The translations under genes were made by a program, and so were the position numbers. Positions 11,800-22,678 of a stretch of 64,000 nucleotides of DNA are shown piece after piece. Numbering within the stretch: position 1 is the first letter of the stretch; each line of letters begins with the position of its first letter. Under the pieces are notes generated by a model, which ran no database searches, was not told where the DNA came from, and saw only the letters and a program-made list of their open reading frames with translations. The stretch lies in contig MU058654.1 of the NCBI GenBank assembly GCA_013265495.1, positions 1 to 64,000 of the forward strand. The letters run 5' to 3'. This DNA is from Vicugna vicugna (lineage: Eukaryota).

Positions 11800-13500
11800 A
11801 ATGAATAAACTTATTTTTTAGAGTCTTAGATTCACAGTAAAATTGAGAGGAGGGAGCAAAAAGTTCCCATACACCCCCATCCCTACATATACACAAATGT
11901 CCTCCACTGTCAACATCCCTCGCTACACCGGTACTGTGTTACTATTGATAAATCTATGATTGATACATCATCCAAAGCCCTTAGTTTACGTTAGGGTTCA
12001 CTCTTGGTTTTGATTATTTTATGAGTTGACAAATGGATAATAACATGTCTCATTGATGTAGCATCGTCCATATTTCTTTCACTGCCTAAAAATTCTCTGT
12101 GTTCATTCTTCCTTCCTTTTCTCTAATCCTGATATTACTAGTCTTTTTACTGTCTTCACAGTTTTGTCTTTCCAAGAAAGTTATATAGTTAGATCATACA
12201 GTATGCAGTCTCTTCAGATTGGCTTCTTTTGCTTAGTAACCACATTTAAGTTACCTCCATGCCTTTTCATGGCTTGTCAGCTCGTATTTTTAGTGCTGAA
12301 CAATATTCCATTGTCTGGATGGACCATAGTTTACTTAACCATTCACCTACTGCAGAACATCTTGGTTGGTTTCATGTTTTGGCAATTATGATGAACCTTC
12401 CAAATACAGGCTTTTGTATGGGCATACATTTTCAATTCCTTTGGGTAAATACCAAAGATTACAATTGCTGGATTGTATGGTAAAAATATGCTAGTTTTGT
12501 AAAAAACTGCCACGCTGTCTTCCAAAGTAGCTGTATCATTTTGAATTCCCACCAGAAATGAATGAGAGTTTCTCTTGTCAGTGATTTGTATTTTGGCCAT
12601 TCTAATGTATGTAGTGGCATCTTGTTGTTTTAATTTGTCAATGCTTTAATGACATATGAATTTGCTTATATGACATTATCTTGTTGGGTGAGATGTCTGT
12701 TCATCTTTTGCCCATGTTTTAAATGATTGTTTAGTTTCTTACTGTTGAGTTTGAAGAGTTCTTTGTATTTTTGATAACAGTCTTTTTCAGATGTACATTT
12801 TGAGAATATTTTCTCCACATCTTTGCCTGTCTTCTCCTTCTCTTGACACTGTACTTCACAAGGCAGTTTTTAGTTTTAATTAAGTCCAGCTTATGAACTG
12901 AAGTCCATGGATTTGTTTTTTTTTGCTGTATTTAAAAAGTCATTGTCATACCCAAAGTCACCTGTATTTCCTCCTACGTTATCTTACAGGAGTTTTATAG
13001 CTTTGCATTTTGTAGTTAGGTCTATGATCAATTTTGAGTTAGTTCTTGTGGAAGATGTAAGGTATGTGTCATTTTATTTTTTTGCATGTGGATTTCCAAT
13101 TGTTTCAACACCATTGATTTAAAAGATCCTTTATGATCCCCTTTATTGCATTTGTTTCTTTATCAATGATCTATATTTATTTGACTATATTTATGTGGGC
13201 TTCTTTCTGGACTTCCTACTCTCTTCTGTTAATCTAGTTATCTGTTTATGTTTTCTCTTTTTTATTGTACTATCTTTATTACTGTAGTTTTTTTTCTTGA
13301 ATCTTAAAGTTGGGTCATGTCAGTCCTTCAAGTTTTTCTTCTTCTGTATTGATGTGGATATGGTGGGTCTTCTGCCTCTCTAAATAGACTTTAGAATCAG
13401 TTTGTTGAATTAGATAGAATTGGTTTGTTGAAACAGTTAGAATTGGTTTGTTGAAACAAAGTAACTTGCTGAGATTTTGATTTTGATTTTGATTTCACTG
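11800..13500 (-). mobile_element. Old L1M (L1MB/MC-like) element, 3' UTR plus ORF2 3' part
   Basis: T-rich tail at ~11755-11800, then antisense L1 3' UTR and ORF2 tail (ttttccaaagtagctgtatcattttgaattcccacc; ttttgcccatgttttaaatgattg). Confidence 0.85.
13392..13458. repeat. 23-bp-period local tandem duplication within old L1
   Basis: tagaattggtttgttgaaaca at 13415-13435 and 13438-13458, plus diverged tagaatcagtttgttgaa at 13392-13409. Confidence 0.85.
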
Positions 13501-14412
13501 TATTGCATTTACTTTGCAGTCATCTTTTTCCCCAGTAAGAATGTCAGCTCCATGAGAGCTGTACAGTTCATTTTTGTCTTCTGCAATTGACATGGTGACT
13601 GACAGTGAGCAGAATCTCAATTAGAGTTTTCTTTTAAATTAAACTCCATTCTTATTTATTATTTATTCTAGTAACTTAAAATCAAAAGGATAGACCCGTT
13701 GTTGGAAGAGTAAGAGGATGTGAGTAGTACCTTTAAAAAAGCTCATGCTGCCTCTCTGCCTTACAAGAAAAGAACCAAGAGATAGTTCTAAGTTGTTAAG
13801 AAGGAAATCAAGATTCTCGCTCTTCTTGGATGAAGGTGAGGTTACAGATAGTTTGGGTAACATGATATCTAGGACATAAACTGTACTCATACCATGGCAG
13901 ACAAGAAAATCTTTAAAAAGCTAGAACATAAGTTAATTCCTTGATTATTGGTAGATATAATTTTCAAATTATCCTTTTAAATAGCAGATGCAGCTTATTA
14001 AAAATTTAATGTTATAGCAAAGATCTACTGAAAATGAATCAAGCACAAAACCCCTTGGGGGAAAAATCTAGGGTTGGGATATATTTAGCTCAGTCTGCTT
14101 TCTCTAACCACAGAACTTTTACTCTTTCGATACTGTTACATGCTAACTGAAGCATATGCACATTCCTTTGCAAATGTGAACCTCTTGACAGCTCTGGAAG
14201 GTGGATGGGACAAGGATTACCATCTCAGTCACAGAGAGGAAGGAACTGAGTTGCAAGATGGGAAATGCTCAAGGTGCAGAGCAAGCCAGTGACAAAGATG
14301 GGAAAAGCACTCATCTTCTATTCATTTTCCTTTCTTTTGCCTAGTGTTATTTCATTCAGAATAAAAAAATATCAAGTTTTTATAAAATGATCATTTAAAA
14401 CCTTTCCTTTTC

Positions 14413-17400
14413 TATAGATTGAGAGTGAAAGAATGGAAAAGGATATTCCATGCAAATGGAAAAGCCAAAAAAGCAGGTGTTGCAGTACTGATTTCAGACA
14501 AAATAGACTTTAAAACAAAGGACATAAAGAAAGATAAAGAAGGACATTTTATAATGATTAAAGGAGTGATACAAGATGAGGATATTACACTCGTTAATAT
14601 ATATGCACCCAATATAGGAGCACCTAAGTACATAGAAGAATTACTAACAGAGATAAAGGGGGATATTGATGGGAATACAATCATAGTTGGAGATTTTAAC
14701 ACTGCATTAACATCACTAGACAGATCTTCCAGACAGAAAATAAACAAGGCAACAGAGAAATTAAATACTACAATAGAAAAACTAGATTTGGTGGATATTT
14801 TCAGAGCATTACACCCCCAAAAAATAGAATATACATTCTTTTCAAGTGCACATGGAACATTTTCCAGGATCGATCATGTACTTGGACACAAAAGAAACCT
14901 CAACAAATTTAAGAAGATAGAAATTATCTCAAGCATCTTTACTGACCACAATGCCATGAAACTGGAAATCAACAACAGAGAAACAAAGGAGAAAAAAAGA
15001 AAAGCATGGAGATTAAACAATATGTTATTGAAAAAACAATGGATCAATGAGGAAATCAAAGCTGAAATTAAAAAATACCTTGAGACAAATGATAATGAAA
15101 GCACAACCACTCAAAACCTATGGGACACAGCAAAGGCAGTGCTAAGAGGGAAGTTTATAGCGATACAGGCCTTCCTCAAAAAAGAAGAACAATCTCAAAT
15201 AAACAAGTTAACCCACCACCTGAATCAATTAGAAAAAGAAGAACAAAAAGCCCCAAAAAGCAGCAGAAGGAAGGAAATAATAAAGATCAGAGAGGAATTA
15301 AATACAATAGAGATTAACAAGACCATAGAAAAAATCAACCAAACCAAAAGCTGGTTTTTTGAAAAAGTAAATAAAATCGACAAACCTCTGGCCAAACTCA
15401 CAAAGAAGAAAAAAGAGAGAGCACAAATTAGCAAAATAAGAAAGGAAAATGGAGAAATTACAACAAACAAAATAGAAATACAGAATATCATACGAGAATA
15501 TTATGAAAAACTATATGGAACCAAACTGGATAACCTAGAGGAGATGGACAAGTTTCTGGAAACATACTGTCCACCAAAACTGAATCAAGAAGAAACTGAA
15601 CACTTGAACAATCCGATCACTAGAAAGGAAATAGAAATAGCAATTAAAAACCTCCCTACAAATAAAAGTCCAGGACCGGACGGCTTCACCGGGGAATTCT
15701 ACCAAACATACAAAGAAGAACTCATACCAGTCCTTCTCAAACTCTTCCAGACGATTGAAAAGGAGGGAATACTCCCAAACTCATTCTATGAAGCCACCAT
15801 CACCCTGATACCAAAACCAGGCAAAGACACTACAAAAAAAGAGAATTATAGGCCAATATCACTGATGAACATAGACGCCAAAATCCTCACCAAAATTTTA
15901 GCAAATAGAATCCAACAACACATAAAAAAGATTATACATCATGACCAAGTGGGGTTCATCCCAGGGACACAAGGCTGGTTCAACATACGCAAATCAATCA
16001 ATGTAATACATCACATCAACAAGAGAAAGGACAAAAACCACATGATCATCTCAATCGATGCAGAAAAAGCATTTGATAAAATTCAACACCCATTTATGAT
16101 AAAAACTCTCGCCAAAGTGGGTATAGAGGGAACATATCTCAACATAATAAAAGCTATATATGACAAACCTATAGCCAGCATAGTTCTCAACGGTGAAAAA
16201 CTCAAAAGCTTCCCACTAAAATCTGGGACAAGACAAGGATGCCCACTATCACCACTCCTATTCAATATAGTCCTGGAAGTCCTAGCCACAGCAATCAGGC
16301 AAGAGAAAGAAATAAAAGGGATCCAAATTGGAAAAGAAGAGGTAAAAGTGTCATTATATGCTGACGACATGTTACTATATATAGAAAACCCTAAAAGGTC
16401 CACAAAAAAGCTACTAGAGCTGATCGAAGAATTCAGCAAGGTAGCAGGTTACAAAATTAATGTTCAAAAATCAGTTGCCTTTCTTTACACTAACGATAAA
16501 TCAACAGAAAAAGAAAGTAAAGAAACAATCCCCTTTAAAATAGCACCCAAAGTAATAAAATATCTGGGAATAAATCTAACCAAGGAGGTGAAAGAATTAT
16601 ACACAGAAAACTATAAACCATTGATGAAGGAAATTAAAGAAGACTTTAAAAAATGGAAAGATATTCCATGCTCTTGGATTGGAAGAATCAATATTGTTAA
16701 AATGGTCACACTGCCCAAGGCAATCTACAGATTTAATGCAATCCCTATCCAATTACCCAGGACATATTTCACAGAACTAGAACAAATCATAATAAAATTT
16801 ATATGGAACCATCAAAGACCTAGAATTGCTAAAGCATTACTGAAGAGAAAGAAAGAGGCTGGAGGAATAACTCTCCCAGACTTCAGACAATACTATAGAG
16901 CTACAGTCATCAAGACAGCATGGTATTGGTACCAAAACAGACATATAGACCAATGGAACAGAATAGAGAGCCCAGAAATGAACCCACAAACTTTTGGTCA
17001 ACTCATCTTCGACAAAGGAGGCAAGAATATACAATGGAATAAAGACAGTCTCTTCAGCAAATGGTGTTGGGAAAACTGGACAGCAGCATGTAAAACAATG
17101 AAGCTAGAACACACCCTTACACCATATACAAAAATCAACTCAAAATGGATTAAAGACTTAAACATAAGACAAGATACAATAAACCTCCTAGAGGAAAACA
17201 TAGGCAAAACATTATCTGACATACATTTCAAAAATTTTCTCCTAGAAGAAATAAAAGCAAGAATAAACAAATGGGACCTAATGAAACTTACAAGCTTCTG
17301 CAGAGCAAAGGAAACCAGAAATAAAACAAGAAGAAAACCTACGGAATGGGAGAAAATTTTTGCAAGTGAAACCGACAAAGGCTTGATCTCCAGAATATAT

Positions 17401-18395
17401 AAGCAGCTCATACGACTCAATAAGAAAAAAATAAACAACCCAATCCAAAAATGGGCAGGAGACCTAAACAAGCAATTCTCCAAGGAAGACATACAAATGA
17501 TCAAAAAGCACATGAAAAAATGCTCAATATCACTAATTATCAGAGAAATGCAAATCAAAACTACAATGAGGTATCACCTCACACCAGTCAGAATGGCCGT
17601 CATTCAAAAATCCAAAAATGACAAATGCTGGAGAGGCTGTGGAGAAAGGGGAACCCTCCTACACTGCTGGCGGGAATGCAGTTTGGTGCAACCACTATGG
17701 AAAACAGTGTGGAGATTCCTCAAAAGACTAGGAGTAGACTTATCATATAACCCAGGAATCCCACTCCTGGGCTTATATCCAGAAGGAACCCTACTTCAGG
17801 ATGACACCTGCACCCCAATGTTCATAGCAGCACTATTTACAATAGCCAAAACATGGAAACAGCCTAAATGTCCATCAACAGGTGACTGGATAAAGAAGAG
17901 GTGGTATATTTATACAATGGAATACTACTCAGCCATAAAAACTGACAACATAATGCCATTTGCAGCTACATGGATGCTCCTGGAGAATGTCATTCTAAGT
18001 GAATTAAGCCAGAAAGAGAAAGAAAAATACCATATAAGATCGCTCATATGTGGAATCTAAAAAACAGAAACTAAACAACCAAATAAAAACAAAGCATAAA
18101 TACAGGACAGAAATAGACTCATAAACATAGAATACAGACTTGTGGTTCCAGGGGGGTGGAGGGTAGGTGGAGGGTGGGAAGGGATAGACTGGGATTTCAA
18201 AATTGTAGAATAGATAAACAAGATTATACTGTATAGCACAGGGAAATATACACAAAATGTTATGATAACTCACAGAGAAAAAAAATGTGACAATGAGTGT
18301 GTATATGTCCATGAATGACTGAAAAATTGTGCTGAACGCTGGAATTTGACAAAACATTGTAAAATGATTATAAATCAATAAAAAATGTTAAAGAA
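14413..18395 (+). mobile_element. Young LINE-1, 5'-truncated inside the endonuclease domain (no 5' UTR, no ORF1)
   Basis: Long ORF2, 3' UTR, AATAAA at 18377-18382 and short A tail. 16-bp TSD with one mismatch: aaaacctttccttttc (14397-14412) / aaaacctttgcttttc (18396-18411). Left flank cattt|aaaa is the canonical L1 endonuclease TT/AAAA site. Confidence 0.97.
14419..18060 (+). CDS. LINE-1 ORF2p (APE endonuclease, reverse transcriptase, Cys-rich C-terminus), uninterrupted but missing about the first 50 residues
   Basis: 1213 codons without stop or frameshift. EN motifs GDFN, SRIDH, TDH; RT motifs [26 protein letters not shown] (16357-16368), YLG; CWRGC...HCWREC knuckle. The track starts at a TTG; the first in-frame ATG is at 14554. 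Confidence 0.95.
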   Translation: MRVKEWKRIFHANGKAKKAGVAVLISDKIDFKTKDIKKDKEGHFIMIKGVIQDEDITLVNIYAPNIGAPKYIEELLTEIKGDIDGNTIIVGDFNTALTSLDRSSRQKINKATEKLNTTIEKLDLVDIFRALHPQKIEYTFFSSAHGTFSRIDHVLGHKRNLNKFKKIEIISSIFTDHNAMKLEINNRETKEKKRKAWRLNNMLLKKQWINEEIKAEIKKYLETNDNESTTTQNLWDTAKAVLRGKFIAIQAFLKKEEQSQINKLTHHLNQLEKEEQKAPKSSRRKEIIKIREELNTIEINKTIEKINQTKSWFFEKVNKIDKPLAKLTKKKKERAQISKIRKENGEITTNKIEIQNIIREYYEKLYGTKLDNLEEMDKFLETYCPPKLNQEETEHLNNPITRKEIEIAIKNLPTNKSPGPDGFTGEFYQTYKEELIPVLLKLFQTIEKEGILPNSFYEATITLIPKPGKDTTKKENYRPISLMNIDAKILTKILANRIQQHIKKIIHHDQVGFIPGTQGWFNIRKSINVIHHINKRKDKNHMIISIDAEKAFDKIQHPFMIKTLAKVGIEGTYLNIIKAIYDKPIASIVLNGEKLKSFPLKSGTRQGCPLSPLLFNIVLEVLATAIRQEKEIKGIQIGKEEVKVSLYADDMLLYIENPKRSTKKLLELIEEFSKVAGYKINVQKSVAFLYTNDKSTEKESKETIPFKIAPKVIKYLGINLTKEVKELYTENYKPLMKEIKEDFKKWKDIPCSWIGRINIVKMVTLPKAIYRFNAIPIQLPRTYFTELEQIIIKFIWNHQRPRIAKALLKRKKEAGGITLPDFRQYYRATVIKTAWYWYQNRHIDQWNRIESPEMNPQTFGQLIFDKGGKNIQWNKDSLFSKWCWENWTAACKTMKLEHTLTPYTKINSKWIKDLNIRQDTINLLEENIGKTLSDIHFKNFLLEEIKARINKWDLMKLTSFCRAKETRNKTRRKPTEWEKIFASETDKGLISRIYKQLIRLNKKKINNPIQKWAGDLNKQFSKEDIQMIKKHMKKCSISLIIREMQIKTTMRYHLTPVRMAVIQKSKNDKCWRGCGERGTLLHCWRECSLVQPLWKTVWRFLKRLGVDLSYNPGIPLLGLYPEGTLLQDDTCTPMFIAALFTIAKTWKQPKCPSTGDWIKKRWYIYTMEYYSAIKTDNIMPFAATWMLLENVILSELSQKEKEKYHIRSLICGI

Positions 18396-20497
18396 AAAAC
18401 CTTTGCTTTTCATCTGCACTGTCTGTGACATGAAAGCCAATTAATACTTAGAAGGCAGGTTTAAAGTGCAGGTGTTATAACAAGAAGGCATTTTGGCTGA
18501 CTCTCAGTTGAACTGAAATTTCAGTGAAACGAACTGAATTTCAGTCTGGCTAATTGGGTTTTTATAATAATAACTCTAACAAAACCTGACCTTGAATTTC
18601 CACAGTGCCTTTTCTTTTCCAGAGCTCTAAACGCCAGCGCGAAGATGATCCCACATGCTTGAGATGGACCTGAGAGAGTTTATCATAAGAGCTATGCAGA
18701 GTGTGCTGGGGCTGATACTGACTCTGAAAATTAAGATAGTTGATGAATCCACATTGAGACCCATGTGCTGTGTGCTCAACAGCAACCTTCATCTTAACGC
18801 ATTTAATTCATTTGGTATTCTAAATATATTATATACTGTAGAGGCTATTTTATAAAAGAAGTATAGAAAGTACGCTAAGCCTTATTGTGATGACTATACC
18901 AGAGGAGTATAAATATAAATATCCTTGGTACTTATCATGCAGAAGTTAGTTCTAAATGTTTTAGTTAGAAAATAATATTCAGAGACCAAAATGCTTAATT
19001 TATTAAGGGCAACCTTGTTCCCTGGTATACTAAATGCACATAAGCTTTTTTTTAAAACCCTTAAATAATTTCCCTTGTCCCCAATTCTGACCCGTGGAGC
19101 ATATTCATTACTTAATTCATCATAAGTTCATGCCTATGAAGAAATAAAAAATCTACTTTTCTCCAGAAAATGTTATTTATCTTTCAAGTCTTTCCAAGGA
19201 GAAGGTTCACATACCCTCCTTAGTTGGAGACACAAACCCTTTGATTTCCATGGAAGATTCTAGTGTAACCAGCTCATTGTGTCCTTTGACTTGCTTAATC
19301 AAAACTGAACAATTCTTCACATTCATCAAAGAGGAAGAAACTCACCCCAAACTTGGCCCATGGCAGACTGTGGGCAGCAGCAAACCTGGCCTCCGCGGGG
19401 GCTTATAAGGGTATTTCAGACAGTTTGTACTTGACTTCAATTTAATCTTCACTACTCTAGCTTGGAGGTCAGGTTCTGAGTCAATTAAATTACTTTTGCA
19501 AAGTGACAGAAAGGGTAGGATTTTTTTCTCAAGATTCAAGATACTGTAGACTATTAAGCAGCTAAATAGAAAAGAAGTTGTATTAGTAACAACAAGCTGG
19601 GAGCTGGGGTTGGGAAGGGATGAGTGAAATACGCAACTGAAAAATCAGGCATTCCAGCAACAATTAAAAAATAAAATAGGATGACCATTTTACATCCTCA
19701 TTGCACTCTATTTTATTGCTACCATTAAATATAGTTTCATTACAATGAAATACGTGCCACATGGAAAACAGGTACAGACATTTGAACATATGACATGCTC
19801 GAAATAAAATTGAACACGGTCCCAGAGGATATCTCATGATATCAAGTTCTGAGTCTTTGGAAGTGTATCCTGAAGGGAAAGGGGGATGTATAACACTTTT
19901 TGTTTAAACTGTTAAAATTCCAGGGTCCCTTGAAGAAAAGACAGCTAAAACTTTGAACAGAGCTCAGATTTCTTGGCAAAGATCTGTAAGTGGAATATGC
20001 CTTGGACAGTCCCTTGGTGAAAATGGTAAATGGTCTTATAACTGAGGGGTTTGAGATATATTTGCTAAGAGTTATTGTTACTAATAACAATAATATCAGG
20101 GTATGGTAAGTTTATAACTAGGTTAACTTTTGGAAATAGAAAGACCTGGAAGTCATCAAAATCCCTGCCCTTGACCAATTTCAAGATGAGCTTGTTTGAA
20201 ATCTCCCTCTGCTTTAGTTATTAAACAGACAAACAGGGGAGGGGAGGAAAGGGGAAAGAAGGGGAGAGAGAAAAAAGAACTCTAAGCCAGAAGTTTACTC
20301 ATCAAGGTGATTCGTTCTTTGTGAGCTGAAATATCAGAAAAATCAATTAGGAGTGAAGGAAATTCCTTTTCTTGTGATAGAGTGCAGTAGCCGAAATTTG
20401 TATCTTCCTAATTTAAATTTATTATTTTCCTTTAATTCTGAGGACTTACCTAGTTCCAAGTTTGAGGAATATTGATCCATTAACAATGAATTTTTGT

Positions 20498-20527
20498 CAT
20501 CACCATCATCATCATCATCACCACCAT
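20498..20527. repeat. (CAT/CAC)n microsatellite
   Basis: catcaccatcatcatcatcatcaccaccat. Confidence 0.9.
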
Positions 20528-20640
20528 TTCATAACTGGTGGGATGGATTAGGCGATGCGGCATATGAAGAGACCTCTTGAGTTCTACTCTACCTCGGCAG
20601 ATATTTAATAAACTGGACTGGCATATACAAATAGAAATTG

Positions 20641-20725
20641 TTTCCACATATGAGTGATATCACATGGTATTTTTCTTTCTCTGACTGTACTTCAATAAAA
20701 AAGAACAACGCCACCAAAAAAACCA
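20641..20725 (+). mobile_element. 85-bp miniature L1 insertion with 5' inversion
   Basis: Perfect 14-bp TSD acaaatagaaattg (20627-20640, 20726-20739). Insert is the antisense ORF2 end (ttccacatatgagtgatatcacatggtatttttctttctct), the sense L1 terminus (ctgactgtacttcaataaaa) and a degenerate A tail. Confidence 0.88.
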
Positions 20726-21614
20726 ACAAATAGAAATTGACATCCTTCTGAAGGTATCAAGAAGGAAATTTCTCATTAATCTACTTGAGGCTGGTTACTC
20801 CCTGTAAAGTTACATATGGGGTAATACTGTGTTTCCACCATTCAGATTTAGCCATGATTTGGTTTGGCCCCTGCTCTGAACTTGCATAGAAGGAAATTGT
20901 CATGTTCCCTTTGTTGGTGGTGCAGTAAATGTCTTCTTTCTTCCTCACCTTCACCTTAACAATAAATACACATTCCATTTCATTATTTACATACAATGTT
21001 ATTATTTTTTACAATAGTATTCATTTTCACATATACACATACATATGCATCTCTGTATGTTGTGAGAAATAAAATAGATTTTAATAGGTAATACATATTA
21101 ATATGGAATAAAATTCAAAAGGTGAAAAAGCGTTTACTAGGCAATTAGTTTCTTTCTCCCATTATCCACTAGGCATCTGCCACAAGTTTCTTCAGTAATT
21201 TTTGAGAATCTTTCAAAGCATTTGCAAGCGTAAATTGTCTGTGGGTATAACTGTTGTGTGTGTGTGTGTTTGATGCTGGTAAGCATTTCACAGTTTTCAG
21301 TAATATGTGTGTGTGTGTGTACATGTGTACATGTATGTTTAGCCATAAAAATATATATATTTGGAGAATTCTTTATAAGAATCTGTAGGTCTGTTTCATC
21401 CTTTTCAAGGTTGGCTTACTATTCCATTGTATACTATATAATACTCTTATTTATCCCATTTAATTATCTTTGCCCTAAGTTCAACATTCTTAAGTTAATA
21501 TTATAATTATTTTGTTTGCTTTTAATTTATAAAAATTGTTCTCCAAAATTTCATAATGAACTAATAATTATTGTTTTCTTAGATCCAGGTTTTGCTGAGC
21601 AATATCTTTCATGC

Positions 21615-22090
21615 TGTTGAACACACTGTTGATTACCTACTCAGTGACTATCTTTCCTTATTTCCTTTGTCTCATTATAGAAGCAAAAATGTCTATCTAC
21701 TCCTTTCCTTCTCCCCTTGGTGAGCACATTAGTTATGGGAGCCAGTTCCTAAAATGAATGTCTGCCAGGGGTGCTCTGGGAAGAGTAGTCTTCCGGAAAG
21801 AAGGGATAATGTCCATCAGGGAGCTCCTTGTCCATCTTCTTCCTTTGGAACATGGCTGTATGAGGTCGAAATGCTTGAAACCACCATGAGTTCTTGACAT
21901 GATGAGGCTGTGGACAGCATGATGGGGGTGGGTATGTAAAAGATGGAAAAAAATGTATTTGAGCCAAAGTCCCTCACTCAGTCCACTAACTTGCAGATTT
22001 CTTGCTTTATGTGAAAAAAGTAGCCTTTACCTTCACATGACCTTTGGTTGGGCATTTTGTCCCTAGCAGTCAAAGACGTTGGAACAGACA
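21615..22090 (+). mobile_element. MaLR (MLT1-like) solo LTR relic
   Basis: MLT1-like body and end (ttgcagatttcttgctttatgtgaaaaaag...gggcattttgtccctagcagtcaaagac). Confidence 0.6.
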
Positions 22091-22154
22091 GAGAGTCCAA
22101 CATAGCGCTAGGCACTGAGCATGCAAGGGCAAGTAGATACCCTCTTTGCCCCTG

Positions 22155-22678
22155 TGTAAGACAAATACTATATATTTTCACATCTGTATGGCTGTTAGCA
22201 TAACCGCTGCCATCTTGGGCCCTCACAGTTTCTCCTGTCCACCTGATGACTGTACTGTGTGCTGAAATAATTCCTTGTCATCAAGGGCTTTGAAGCTAAT
22301 AGATATTACTTAAGAATCATGTTCTTTTAGTCTCCAAACAATGATGAAAACCTCCCCTGGCATATTCCTAGCACCCATGAGATTGGTTGCTCATTCATAA
22401 ATCTTAACCTAGGGGTGTACGTTCTGTTTCCAAGAACCTATCCCCCTACCCTAGGTTAACTATAAAATTGCCCCACTGGCCCTTTGGCAGTGCAGATTGC
22501 TGCACAGAATGCTTCTGAATTGTTGTCTGCTCAATCCCAACCCCACCCAATGAGTAAATTACCCTGCAATAAACAAGTCCATTGACTATATGGAGCTGCC
22601 TGCCTTGTTTTTTTGGTCTCAAGCTGCCTTCTCAGTTCAGTGGGCACTTTTCTTTCCCTCTGTCCTTCAACTGCATCA
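22155..22678 (+). mobile_element. ERV solo LTR (class I-like), moderately old
   Basis: Starts tgtaagac, ends catca; TATA (ctataaaa ~22460), AATAAA (22568-22573) followed by a U5-like T-rich stretch; gccatcttg motif. No clean TSD found. Confidence 0.6.

Noticed and set aside
13392..13458. Regularly spaced ~21-bp repeats resembling a CRISPR array
   Set aside because: Spacers are only 2-5 bp, the repeats lie inside an L1, the DNA is eukaryotic and there are no cas genes.
14412..18378. Multiple hydrophobic minus-strand ORFs (e.g. 16998-17558, 186 aa)
   Set aside because: Antisense shadows of the A-rich L1 ORF2; no independent evidence.
20498..20527. Poly-histidine-like CAT/CAC run
   Set aside because: No surrounding ORF or splice sites; simple microsatellite.
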